From Candidatus Latescibacterota bacterium (GTDB lineage Bacteria > Latescibacterota > UBA2968 > GCA-2709665), in the NCBI GenBank assembly GCA_965248435.1, contig OZ252100.1, positions 256,001 to 320,000 of the forward strand: a DNA stretch of 64,000 bases, written 5' to 3'. Position 1 is the first letter of the stretch; the number at the start of each line of letters is the position of its first letter. Below are positions 50,903 through 59,594 of the stretch, piece after piece. The position numbers and the translations under genes were made by a program. Below the pieces are notes generated by a model that saw only the letters and a list, made by a program, of their open reading frames with translations, made no database searches and had not been told where the DNA came from.

Positions 50903-50959
50903 GACACGGCTCCTCCCTCGGCGCTGGGTGGATGTGGGTCGCTGGATCTGTTCGGGCTG

Positions 50960-51919
50960 CTAATCCTGGGACCGAGAGCAGGATCCCCCACCAAGCACGC
51001 AGAATTTGGCACAATGAGGATGGTTCAGCATCACGGCACCGGATGCCTCTCGCAAGGTCCGGCCCATCTCGAATTCCGGGTCGTAGGGTAAGAGGGTGCA
51101 CGAGAGCACCACTGGCTGGCTGGCGCCCCTGCGCTTGACGACCATGCGGGAGGAAGCGCACATCATATCTTTCGGTGAAATTTCCAGGATGTCCCAGCAC
51201 TTCGTCGTGATTTCGGGTACGTCGACCGTTTCATCCATTTCGGGGAAGAGAACTGTTTTGGTAGGATCGTGCGCGTCGATCTGGACGCCCAGGTCAGCAA
51301 ACAGGTCTCTGTAGCCCGCTCTCAAGCTGTCCTCGGGTTCGCCCCAGTAGGTGCGGCCCGCGACTGCCACGTTCAACCCGTTGTCGGAAAGCCAGCTCAG
51401 ACCCTGGATCGTCGGCTCCCACGATCGAATGCCACGTTCCTGTTCGTGCAATTCTCGGGAATAATGATCCACTGAGACGCGAATCTTCAGCATCTTTCCG
51501 AATCTACTTTTCAGGTCCAGGAGCTGATCCTTCAGTTTCATCATGGGACGCATGCCATTGGTCAGCACGAGCACTTCAAAACCACGGGAGAGACACGCCT
51601 CGAACATCTCCGCGATTTCGGGATTCATAAAGGGCTCACCCCCTGTAAAGCCGATTTCCAGGGTGCCGAGTTGATCCCTCTCGATTTCGTCCAAATATTC
51701 AGCCACCTCATCCTTCGTCAAGTATACGAGCCGGTCATTTCGAGGATTAGACTCTATGTAGCAGTTCAGACACTCCAGGTTACATAGGGTACCCGTGTTG
51801 AACCAGAGCGTCTCCAGCCCTTGAAGGGATACAGAAGCCCGCTGCTCGCCTTTCGCGGTGATGTACGGATCACTGAATTTCGTGGGTTCGAAGCGTGTTT
51901 CTGTGAGCGTCTGGGACAC
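50960..51919 (-). CDS. Radical SAM protein, ArsS-related
   Basis: LETLWFNTGTLCNLECLNC, FTGGEP, C-terminal HCAKFCVLGGGSCS. Confidence 0.82.
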   Translation of the reverse strand: MSQTLTETRFEPTKFSDPYITAKGEQRASVSLQGLETLWFNTGTLCNLECLNCYIESNPRNDRLVYLTKDEVAEYLDEIERDQLGTLEIGFTGGEPFMNPEIAEMFEACLSRGFEVLVLTNGMRPMMKLKDQLLDLKSRFGKMLKIRVSVDHYSRELHEQERGIRSWEPTIQGLSWLSDNGLNVAVAGRTYWGEPEDSLRAGYRDLFADLGVQIDAHDPTKTVLFPEMDETVDVPEITTKCWDILEISPKDMMCASSRMVVKRRGASQPVVLSCTLLPYDPEFEMGRTLREASGAVMLNHPHCAKFCVLGGGSCSRSQD

Positions 51920-51952
51920 GGCTCGAATCTCCCTTTCTCAAAATGAGTTTGA

Positions 51953-53086
51953 TCAGACCGGCGTTTCGATCGGCTCCCACACCACCCATCCATCATCCAC
52001 CGAAAAGTTTTGCCCCTCCAACGGACCTGTCTCGAGGTTTCCGACGAGGCTTTCCCCTTCGTCATTGACCCGAACGACTTCACGGCGCACACCCGATCGA
52101 AGCGTCAATTCAGTGGAGTGTCCGCCCACCGCGAGTTCGTCATCCTCTGTATCTGTGATGTAAAACTTGAGATTGATTTCCGGTTGGAGGCTGCCCCCAA
52201 CGGTCACCTTGCTGCGGTGCCGGGAGAGCGCTTCGAGCAGGCCAGATAGCCTCTGCTTGTCTGATTCAATTCCAGCGGTCTGCTTGTCCAGCTTACGCGT
52301 CAGGAAAAAGAGATCGTGGACCTTTCGAACCAGAGTGAAAAAGACCTTTCTGTTGTTCGGACCGGCGACGATGAAGCCGACGTTGGCCCGCGTGAGAAGA
52401 CCCACAACCGCCTTGGCAAAGAATTCGAGGAGGGCTCGATCCATCTCATTTGGTGATTTGTCGCCCACCGTTCGATAGAATGGGGCGAGATCTACCTCCA
52501 GTCTGTTACCGCTTCGCCTGATGATCTCACCTATGTTGAAGTCGAAAGAGATACGCGTGGCGTCGAAGAGACTGGCCACTCGCTTCTGATCCAGCTTGAC
52601 CTGTTTCTGAATATAGATGCGCTCCTCTTCGGTTCGCGCCAGCTTTTGCTTCAGTGCCTGCGTTTGGGTTCTCAAGTTGTCCATGCCGCCCGCGGCAACG
52701 ATCGTCTCCACCAAATCATCTCCGACCTGCAGATCTGTGTCTGTTGTCAGACCACAGCGGCTGGCCCCTTTTCCAACGCATATCCGCCTTGCCTTGATGT
52801 GCGCCTGTCGCACATTCCCGAAGATCACGACTTCTCCATCCACGTCGATCCGGCAGAGTCCATCCGATCTCCCGATCACGGAGCCCTCAACCACCAGGTG
52901 TCCGACCCCTCTCACGACCGCTCCGGCCATCACATCGCCTCTGATGTGCACGGTCTCCTCCCCAGCCCCCAGGGCACCGCTGTCTCGCGTCAGGGTGTCC
53001 ATTTCAATCACGGGGCCACCCGAGAGGAGCGTGTCCGTCACCTCTCGAAGGTCGACGCCCATCGAGATTCCGGAGAATCGCGCCAT
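51953..53086 (-). CDS. FapA/DUF342-like beta-helix plus coiled-coil protein
   Basis: VHIRGDV..GAVV..LVVEGSV..V.GEVVI.G pattern followed by a coiled coil. Confidence 0.6.
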   Translation of the reverse strand: MARFSGISMGVDLREVTDTLLSGGPVIEMDTLTRDSGALGAGEETVHIRGDVMAGAVVRGVGHLVVEGSVIGRSDGLCRIDVDGEVVIFGNVRQAHIKARRICVGKGASRCGLTTDTDLQVGDDLVETIVAAGGMDNLRTQTQALKQKLARTEEERIYIQKQVKLDQKRVASLFDATRISFDFNIGEIIRRSGNRLEVDLAPFYRTVGDKSPNEMDRALLEFFAKAVVGLLTRANVGFIVAGPNNRKVFFTLVRKVHDLFFLTRKLDKQTAGIESDKQRLSGLLEALSRHRSKVTVGGSLQPEINLKFYITDTEDDELAVGGHSTELTLRSGVRREVVRVNDEGESLVGNLETGPLEGQNFSVDDGWVVWEPIETPV

Positions 53087-53092
53087 GCGGCA

Positions 53093-53503
53093 TCAATCCG
53101 CCACGGTGCGGCCGTCCCCAAGCTGTCTAACCTCGCTCATGGTCTCAGAGATGCGTTCCGCGCCGTCCAGCAGGCAGTTGAACGTCTTCAGATCGACCGG
53201 TTTGGAGATGATGACATCCGCGCATCCGGCGAGGTCAGGGAGGGTCTCCTCTAAAAGATGCCCGGAAATGATCGCGATGATCGCGTGTGGGCACATGCTG
53301 CGCAGGGGGGAGATGATCTCGAGTCCAGTCACACCGGGCATCCTGATATCGAGGGTAATCAGATCATACGTATTCTGAACCACCCGGCCCAGCGCCTGCT
53401 CTCCAGAAAAGGCGGTGTCGACATCTGTATGACCCCTCTTCTGTGCGGCCGTCGAGAAGAAATCCACGACCGTTTCTTCATCGTCAACGATCAGCATCTT
53501 CAT
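53093..53503 (-). CDS. Stand-alone receiver
   Basis: LIVDDE, ITLDIRMP, ISG, SKP. Confidence 0.88.
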   Translation of the reverse strand: MKMLIVDDEETVVDFFSTAAQKRGHTDVDTAFSGEQALGRVVQNTYDLITLDIRMPGVTGLEIISPLRSMCPHAIIAIISGHLLEETLPDLAGCADVIISKPVDLKTFNCLLDGAERISETMSEVRQLGDGRTVAD

Positions 53504-53513
53504 TGACTTACCC

Positions 53514-55223
53514 TCACGAGAGCGCTTCCACGATACATTCCTGGAGTCTTTCCAAACCCGCCTTCAATTCGCCTGAGATGTAAAGCCGAACCAGCCTCCT
53601 CTTCCGACGACTCAGCGCTCCGAAATCCCCTAGTGCCTGAGCCATATTAAGGACACCGAACGTCAATCTGCGCCCCGATATCTCCAGCTCATTCGGATCT
53701 TCCGCGCCGATCATGACAAAGAGACCACTCTCGGGACCACGTTTATGCAATTGTCCCGTGGAGTGTAGATAACGGGGCCCGAATCCGAGGGTAGTCGCTA
53801 CCCCGGTGCGATCCCGAATCGCAAGACGAATGGCCTGCAATACCTCGAGGGTCGTGGGAACCGGATCCAGATAGGCGCACAGGGCGAGATAATCACCCTT
53901 GCCGAGGCGATTCAAGTGCCTGCGGATGCACTCGGGGAACGAGGTTTCGGACAGGGCCTCAGCGTTGCGATCATCGGCGAAGACCTGTATCCCTGCCTCG
54001 GAAAGGAGGGGCCGATCGGCCGGGAGCTCGCCCCCGGCATCATGGGATTCGATCAGCTCGGTCGTGAGCGCCTTACTCTCCTGAACGTTTGGCTGATCGA
54101 AAGGATTCACGCCCAGGACCGCACCTGCTACGGCCGTGGCCATCTCCCAACGGAAAAATTCTGCTCCGAGGCTGAGCTGGTCTTCGAGCTCGATCCTGAC
54201 GATTGGGTGCCCTGAGGCCCGGACTGCCTCCATAGCCTCATCCTGCTCGGATTCGGGTTCCGAGGCGCGCCGGATGTAGACAAAAAAGCGATCGTCATCG
54301 TAGACCTCCGGAGGTCCCAGCGGCTCGTTCTCGACCGGGATCAGCCCCCGTCCCTCTTTTCCCGTGCTTTCGGCGAGCAGTTGTTCGAGCCACGTTCCGA
54401 AGATCTGGATCTCAGGCGTGATCACCAGCGTTACTTTGTCACGCCCCTGAAGGGCCAGCTCTGCCAGGATGATTCCCAGAACTGCGCCGGGATTCTCCTC
54501 ACAAGGAACGCCTGGACCACATCTTGCGGCCATGTCAGCCGCGCTTCTGAGAAGGCCGGCGAAGTCCAGGCCGATCACTTCGGACGGGACGCGGCCAAAA
54601 TTTGACAGGGCCGAGTACCTGCCGCCTATCTCCGGGTCGCCGTGAAAAACGTAAGCGAATCCCGCTTGCCGGGCAAACGCCTCCAGAGGCGTGCCCGGGT
54701 CCGTGATCGCCGCAAAGTGACCACCCGCATTCTTCCCGACAACCTTTTTCGTCTCCTCGAGAAAGGTGTCGCACAAGACATTCGCTTCAGTCGTAGTCCC
54801 CGACTTGCTGGCGACAATGTAAAGCGTGTGCTCTGGGGATAATTTACTTTTGGCTCGCGCAACCTGACTCGGGACCGTGGAATCCAGGACGTGGAGTTTC
54901 GGAAAACCCTCAGATCCACCGAATGTCAGACTCAGGACCTCGGCGCACCTGCTGCTTCCTCCCATGCCGAGCAGCAGGACATCTCGAAATCCCCGTGCCT
55001 TGATCTCCTGAAAGGTCGAAGCGAGCGCCTGCTCCTCCTGATCGGCGGGCCGAAGCCACCCCAACCACCGGTCTTCATCCGCTCCGGACCAGAGTGTCGA
55101 ATCCCGGTTCCAGATCCTCCTGATGCGCCCTGTCTCATCCCAGGCGCCCAGAGTCTCTTCAACCCGGTCCGCGTAGGGACCCAGAGAACAGACCATGTCG
55201 GATACGGCATGCACGTTGCTCAC
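53514..55223 (-). CDS. pgi: Glucose-6-phosphate isomerase (Tal-Pgi C-terminal type)
   Basis: GMGGS, SKSGTT.E, ITDPG, GGRYSALS, EQLLAESTGK, PFDQPNV, HSTGQLHK. Confidence 0.9.
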   Translation of the reverse strand: MSNVHAVSDMVCSLGPYADRVEETLGAWDETGRIRRIWNRDSTLWSGADEDRWLGWLRPADQEEQALASTFQEIKARGFRDVLLLGMGGSSRCAEVLSLTFGGSEGFPKLHVLDSTVPSQVARAKSKLSPEHTLYIVASKSGTTTEANVLCDTFLEETKKVVGKNAGGHFAAITDPGTPLEAFARQAGFAYVFHGDPEIGGRYSALSNFGRVPSEVIGLDFAGLLRSAADMAARCGPGVPCEENPGAVLGIILAELALQGRDKVTLVITPEIQIFGTWLEQLLAESTGKEGRGLIPVENEPLGPPEVYDDDRFFVYIRRASEPESEQDEAMEAVRASGHPIVRIELEDQLSLGAEFFRWEMATAVAGAVLGVNPFDQPNVQESKALTTELIESHDAGGELPADRPLLSEAGIQVFADDRNAEALSETSFPECIRRHLNRLGKGDYLALCAYLDPVPTTLEVLQAIRLAIRDRTGVATTLGFGPRYLHSTGQLHKRGPESGLFVMIGAEDPNELEISGRRLTFGVLNMAQALGDFGALSRRKRRLVRLYISGELKAGLERLQECIVEALS

Positions 55224-55285
55224 CTGCTCAAGTCCATCTTTGGGAAGTGAGTCTGGCGTCCAAGGCGACGGTCAGAGCCCCATTA

Positions 55286-56248
55286 TCAACTATACAGGTG
55301 AGCAACGTACTCACCATACCCGTTGTGGATTCGGGTACGCACGCGTTCGCCTGTTCCGATCAGCCTTTCCGTCGCCTGCGACCAGCGAGGATGCGGCACA
55401 CCCGGATTGACGTTAGAATAGAATCCGTACTCAGCGGGCGCGACCTGGTTCCAGAAGGTTTCGGGCCGTTCCCGTGTAAACTCGATCGAAACGATCGACT
55501 TGATACTCTTGTATCCGTACTTCCACGGGACGATCAAGCGGATCGGCGCCCCGTGCTGTTTGGGAAGAGCATGCCCGTAGATGCCAGTTACGAGAAGGGT
55601 CAGGTCATTCATGGCTTCCTGCACGGTTAAAGCCTCAAAGTAGGGCCAGGGATACCAGTGCTGCAGCTCTTGACCGACCGCCTCTTCGGGCCTCAGAAAG
55701 GTAACCATACGGACGTATTTGGCCTCTGACCGGGGCTGGACCTGATCAATCAGGGCTTTGAGCGGAAAGCCGGTCCACGGCACCGTCATCGCCCAAGCTT
55801 CGACACAGCGGAATCGGTAGAGGCGCTCCTCAAGGGGCATCTTGTGAAGCAGATCGTCCACATCCAGGATACCAGGGTTTTCCACCAGCCCTTTTACCTC
55901 TATCTCCCAGGGACGCGTTTTGAAGCGGTCCACAAGCCGCCAGACCTTGTCCTTGATCTCGGAAAACTCGTAAAAATTGTTATACCTGGCCGCCACCCGT
56001 TCTTCCGTCAGCGGGCGAGCGACCGTGAAAGCGGCGTTCCTCCCGGCTGGGTAGATCCCATCGGGCGCATCCGGGACTTTAATCTCGGCGCGTTCTGCAT
56101 CTGAAGGTCTTGCCGTACATCCCAGCAACAGGCCTGCGCCCGACGTTGCGGCCGCCCGCAGAAACCTTCTGCGGTTCAGGTAGATGCCTTCAGGCGTCGC
56201 TTCCCGCTCTGCAATTTCCCATCCCTTGCGAATCCTGATCCCGGACAT
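55286..56248 (-). CDS. msrP: Periplasmic protein-methionine-sulfoxide reductase catalytic subunit
   Basis: Tat NRRRFL, YNNFYEF, RFRCVEAW, PWKYGYKSIK, HPRWSQATER. Confidence 0.95.
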   Translation of the reverse strand: MSGIRIRKGWEIAEREATPEGIYLNRRRFLRAAATSGAGLLLGCTARPSDAERAEIKVPDAPDGIYPAGRNAAFTVARPLTEERVAARYNNFYEFSEIKDKVWRLVDRFKTRPWEIEVKGLVENPGILDVDDLLHKMPLEERLYRFRCVEAWAMTVPWTGFPLKALIDQVQPRSEAKYVRMVTFLRPEEAVGQELQHWYPWPYFEALTVQEAMNDLTLLVTGIYGHALPKQHGAPIRLIVPWKYGYKSIKSIVSIEFTRERPETFWNQVAPAEYGFYSNVNPGVPHPRWSQATERLIGTGERVRTRIHNGYGEYVAHLYS

Positions 56249-56265
56249 GCCTGCCTCCATTGCGA

Positions 56266-57072
56266 TTACCGAAGGGCCTGATCGTTCAGGGTCCAGTCAT
56301 AATCGTTGTATTCGATCCCGATGTTCGAATGTTCCACGAGGAAATCCCGATCTGCCTCGGGGAGGTAGAGTCTCAGGTAGTCTGTAATGGCCGCTTGTTT
56401 CGCGTTGTGTTGTTTTCCGTACCATTCAGTAAAATCGTTCTCGAACCAATCGAATATCTTGGACAGGACCACAACTTTCCGCTGCCGATCGATCCGGACG
56501 TTGCGACTCTCCCGAATAAAGAGCCTCATCGCTTCCCCCAGTCGTTCCTCTACCTGCTGAGGACCATATGCCGCCTGCTCCATACGAGGACATCCCAATG
56601 AGGCGCAATTGATCGCGGCGTGAATCCTCGGCTCATCGAATTCCTCTCTCAGGATATCGTGTTCGATGCCGTTGAGCGTATAGGACTGCCCCCCGGCGGT
56701 GAAATGGGTCCGATTGAAAAAACCCGACAGCATCTTGATGTCTTTCACACTTCTGACTGGATAGGCATCAACCACACCCTTCAACACAAATGCATTGTAG
56801 GCGTTGATCCAGTATGCCAGCTTATCGGCGTGTGTTGGAAACCGCCCGGGATGGCTCTTGGGACTCGTGCCTTCCAGCAGTTTGACATAGGCGTCCAAGT
56901 CATCCGATCTCTCTTTCAACCCTGAATAGTCCACGAGTCCCTGATCGTCCACGTAGGTCGACAGGACCCTGTCCAGCCAGGAATGGTCGAAACCTACGCT
57001 GACTTCCGGAGAGCCCGAAATCGGGATACTTTGCGCCAGGATGGACGAGACGATCAGGATGACTTTCCTCAT
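56266..57072 (-). CDS. DUF547 secreted protein
   Basis: VDY..L, AYWINAYNA, EPRIHAAINCASLGCP, SKIFDWF, YDWTLN. Confidence 0.92.
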   Translation of the reverse strand: MRKVILIVSSILAQSIPISGSPEVSVGFDHSWLDRVLSTYVDDQGLVDYSGLKERSDDLDAYVKLLEGTSPKSHPGRFPTHADKLAYWINAYNAFVLKGVVDAYPVRSVKDIKMLSGFFNRTHFTAGGQSYTLNGIEHDILREEFDEPRIHAAINCASLGCPRMEQAAYGPQQVEERLGEAMRLFIRESRNVRIDRQRKVVVLSKIFDWFENDFTEWYGKQHNAKQAAITDYLRLYLPEADRDFLVEHSNIGIEYNDYDWTLNDQALR

Positions 57073-57101
57073 ATCCTTTATAACCTTTCGATTACGATAG
57101 C

Positions 57102-57857
57102 CTATTTGCCTGCTGAAGCCGGAGGAGAAACCTCGTCGGCCTCTACCTGTTTCAGGGCTTTCCGGGCAGCTCGGGTGACCAGTAATGTGACAAATACGGT
57201 CGCCAGAAGGCCTAGCGAGAGGAAACCGTATTCCGCTGGGCTTCGGCCAACCTGGTCCCCTGCGGCGGCCTGAATCCCAGCCCTTCCAGCCACACCCAAG
57301 TATACATACATCACCGTCCCGGGCAGCATTCCGATCCAGCTGGCCAGTACGTAGGGCCAGAAGCTGACCGAGGTCAACCCATAGATATAATTGCTGAGGT
57401 TGAACGGGATCGCCGGACTGAGCCTCAACAGACCGACGATCTTCCAACCCTCTTGCCCAACGGCCCTGTCGATGGCCCGAAATTTCGGGTGGCGCTGCGC
57501 TTTTTCGGCCACCCAGTCACGAGCCAGATATCGCGCAACCAGAAACGCCAGGGCGGCCCCAACCGTCGACCCGATGGAGACCACAACAGTTCCCCACACC
57601 AGACCAAAGATAAAGCCGGATCCCAGCGTAAGGATCGCGCCCGGCAGGAACAACACGGTGGCGATGACGTAGACCGCCGCAAAGACCAGCATCCCAACAC
57701 ATCCCATCTGGCCCACCCAGGTGTTGAAGCTGGCCAACCAATCCCCCAGGGGCAGGGCCTGTCTGGCGACGAGCAGTGCGACGACAACGAGCCCCAGGAC
57801 GATCCATTTCCAGGGAAACTTACCTCCTTCATTCTCCTCTACAGCAATGTCTTCCAA
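57102..57857 (-). CDS. TVP38/TMEM64 (DedA/VTT) membrane protein
   Basis: LPGAILTLGSGFIFG, LRLSPAIPFN..NY, GMLPGT. Confidence 0.92.
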   Translation of the reverse strand: MEDIAVEENEGGKFPWKWIVLGLVVVALLVARQALPLGDWLASFNTWVGQMGCVGMLVFAAVYVIATVLFLPGAILTLGSGFIFGLVWGTVVVSIGSTVGAALAFLVARYLARDWVAEKAQRHPKFRAIDRAVGQEGWKIVGLLRLSPAIPFNLSNYIYGLTSVSFWPYVLASWIGMLPGTVMYVYLGVAGRAGIQAAAGDQVGRSPAEYGFLSLGLLATVFVTLLVTRAARKALKQVEADEVSPPASAGK

Positions 57858-57881
57858 GATTTATCTCTCTGATGAGTTAAG

Positions 57882-59363
57882 CTAGAGCTGCCGTCGGTAA
57901 AGCCAGCCGAAGACCGATTTGGCCCTGGGTGTCAATCGCGTCCTGCTGTACTGGTCGCCCACCTTTCGAGCCAACTCGGCAAACGTCGGATAAGCGTGCA
58001 CCGTCGATGCAATATCACGCAACCCAGCCCCAATCTTCATGGCCAGGACAAACTCGTGAAGAAGATCCCCCGCGTGTTCGGAAACGATCGTCGCGCCAAG
58101 GATCTTGTCCCCACCCTTTTCCGTCAACACCTTCGCGAACCCGGCCTCCTCCCGCTCCACGATCGCGCGGTCCATCTCCCCGATCTCCTGGGTATACAGG
58201 TCGTACTTGATACCATTCTCCTCTGCCTCGGTCTCATTCAGTCCGACGCGTGCCACTTCTGGCGAGGTGTAGGTGCACCAGGGGACGACGGAATAGTCCA
58301 CCTTCTGGCGCAGAAGTTTAAACGGCATCAGGATGTTTCTCACGATCACCCGGGCCTGGTGATCGGCCATGTGGGTAAACTGATAGGGCCCGACGATGTC
58401 CCCGCAGGCGTAGATGTGGCTCTGGGAGGTCTGGAGATAATCGTTCACACGGATGCCGCCTTTGTCGTGCGCCACCCCAGCAGCCTCCAGCCCGAGATTC
58501 TCCACGTTGGGAATGCGTCCCGCGGCGATCAACAGGGCCTGCGTCTCAAGGGAGTGGATATCCTCGTTCCCGGCCCTCGGATTCATACGCTGCAGGTCCA
58601 GATGCAGCGTTCCGTTGAGCCGTTTCGCGCCCTTTGCCGCCGTTCCGGTGTGGATCCGGATGCCCTCAGATTCCAGACGCTCCTGGATGAAGGCGCCCAC
58701 ATCAGGATCCTCTTTCACCATGATTTGTGGCAGAAATTCGACGACCGTCACCTTTATGCCTAAACGACACATCACCTGACTCAGCTCGAGCCCGATCGGC
58801 CCACCCCCAATCACCACCATCTCCTCGGGCTTTTCGTTCAGCTCGTCAAAGACGGTCTCGTTCGTATAATATGGCACCTCGTCTATGCCATCGATCGGCG
58901 GAATCCCTGCGCGACGGCCCGTCGCGATCACAAAATGGCTGGCGCGAAGCACCGTTCCATCGTCGATGGCCACTTCGTTTGGGGAGAGAAACCGAGCCTC
59001 CCCCCGAAACACGTCGACGCCAAGCCCCTCGAAGCGTTCCTGCGAGTCGTTTGGCTCGATCTTGGCCCGCCTCTCCCGCATCCGTTCGAATACCTTCCTG
59101 AATTCGAACTTCGGTTCCTGAGCCTCCAGCCCCCATTCTTCTGCCCGACGCATCTGGTCGATGACCCGTCCCGCCGAGATCAGGGCCTTGCTCGGTACGC
59201 ATCCATAGTTGAGACAGTCGCCGCCCATCTTCTTGCGCTCGATCAGGGCGACACGGCCTCCCAGGCCGGTCGTACCTGCTGCGGTCACGAGGCCGGCGGT
59301 ACCGGCACCGATGACTACGGCGTTGTAAACACCCTCCCCTTTTCTATCGCCCAAGGCTGGCAC
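57882..59363 (-). CDS. Flavin disulfide reductase (MerA/LpdA-like, TVP38-associated type)
   Basis: GAGTAG, GGDCLNYGCVPSK, GGGPIG, HAYPT; no HMA domain and no C-terminal Cys-Cys. Confidence 0.9.
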   Translation of the reverse strand: MPALGDRKGEGVYNAVVIGAGTAGLVTAAGTTGLGGRVALIERKKMGGDCLNYGCVPSKALISAGRVIDQMRRAEEWGLEAQEPKFEFRKVFERMRERRAKIEPNDSQERFEGLGVDVFRGEARFLSPNEVAIDDGTVLRASHFVIATGRRAGIPPIDGIDEVPYYTNETVFDELNEKPEEMVVIGGGPIGLELSQVMCRLGIKVTVVEFLPQIMVKEDPDVGAFIQERLESEGIRIHTGTAAKGAKRLNGTLHLDLQRMNPRAGNEDIHSLETQALLIAAGRIPNVENLGLEAAGVAHDKGGIRVNDYLQTSQSHIYACGDIVGPYQFTHMADHQARVIVRNILMPFKLLRQKVDYSVVPWCTYTSPEVARVGLNETEAEENGIKYDLYTQEIGEMDRAIVEREEAGFAKVLTEKGGDKILGATIVSEHAGDLLHEFVLAMKIGAGLRDIASTVHAYPTFAELARKVGDQYSRTRLTPRAKSVFGWLYRRQL

Positions 59364-59422
59364 CCCAAAGATGACTTTATGAAGATGAAATTACGGTGAA
59401 AGCGACACGAGTCGCTCCAGAC

Positions 59423-59438
59423 GGCAATCCCTGTGCCA
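59423..59438 (-). promoter_or_regulatory. Sigma54 promoter
   Basis: TGGCAC-AGGGA-TTGCC, 60 nt upstream of the reductase. Confidence 0.7.
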
Positions 59439-59594
59439 ACAAACTGACATGCATAGGTTAACCTTGTATAACTTTTTGATTTCATTAGTGTTCAGAGCAT
59501 TCATGGGGGGCTGCGGTCTTCGATCGATCCGACGGAAGAGCGGCTCACCTCGTATTGGCCCGGCATGTAAACGAGAGAGCGGTAGCATTCGGGT

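Noticed and set aside
57882-59363. merA completing the mer operon
   Set aside because: No N-terminal HMA domain, no C-terminal Cys-Cys, no MerR operator upstream; the TVP38/DUF547 context indicates a different reductase family.
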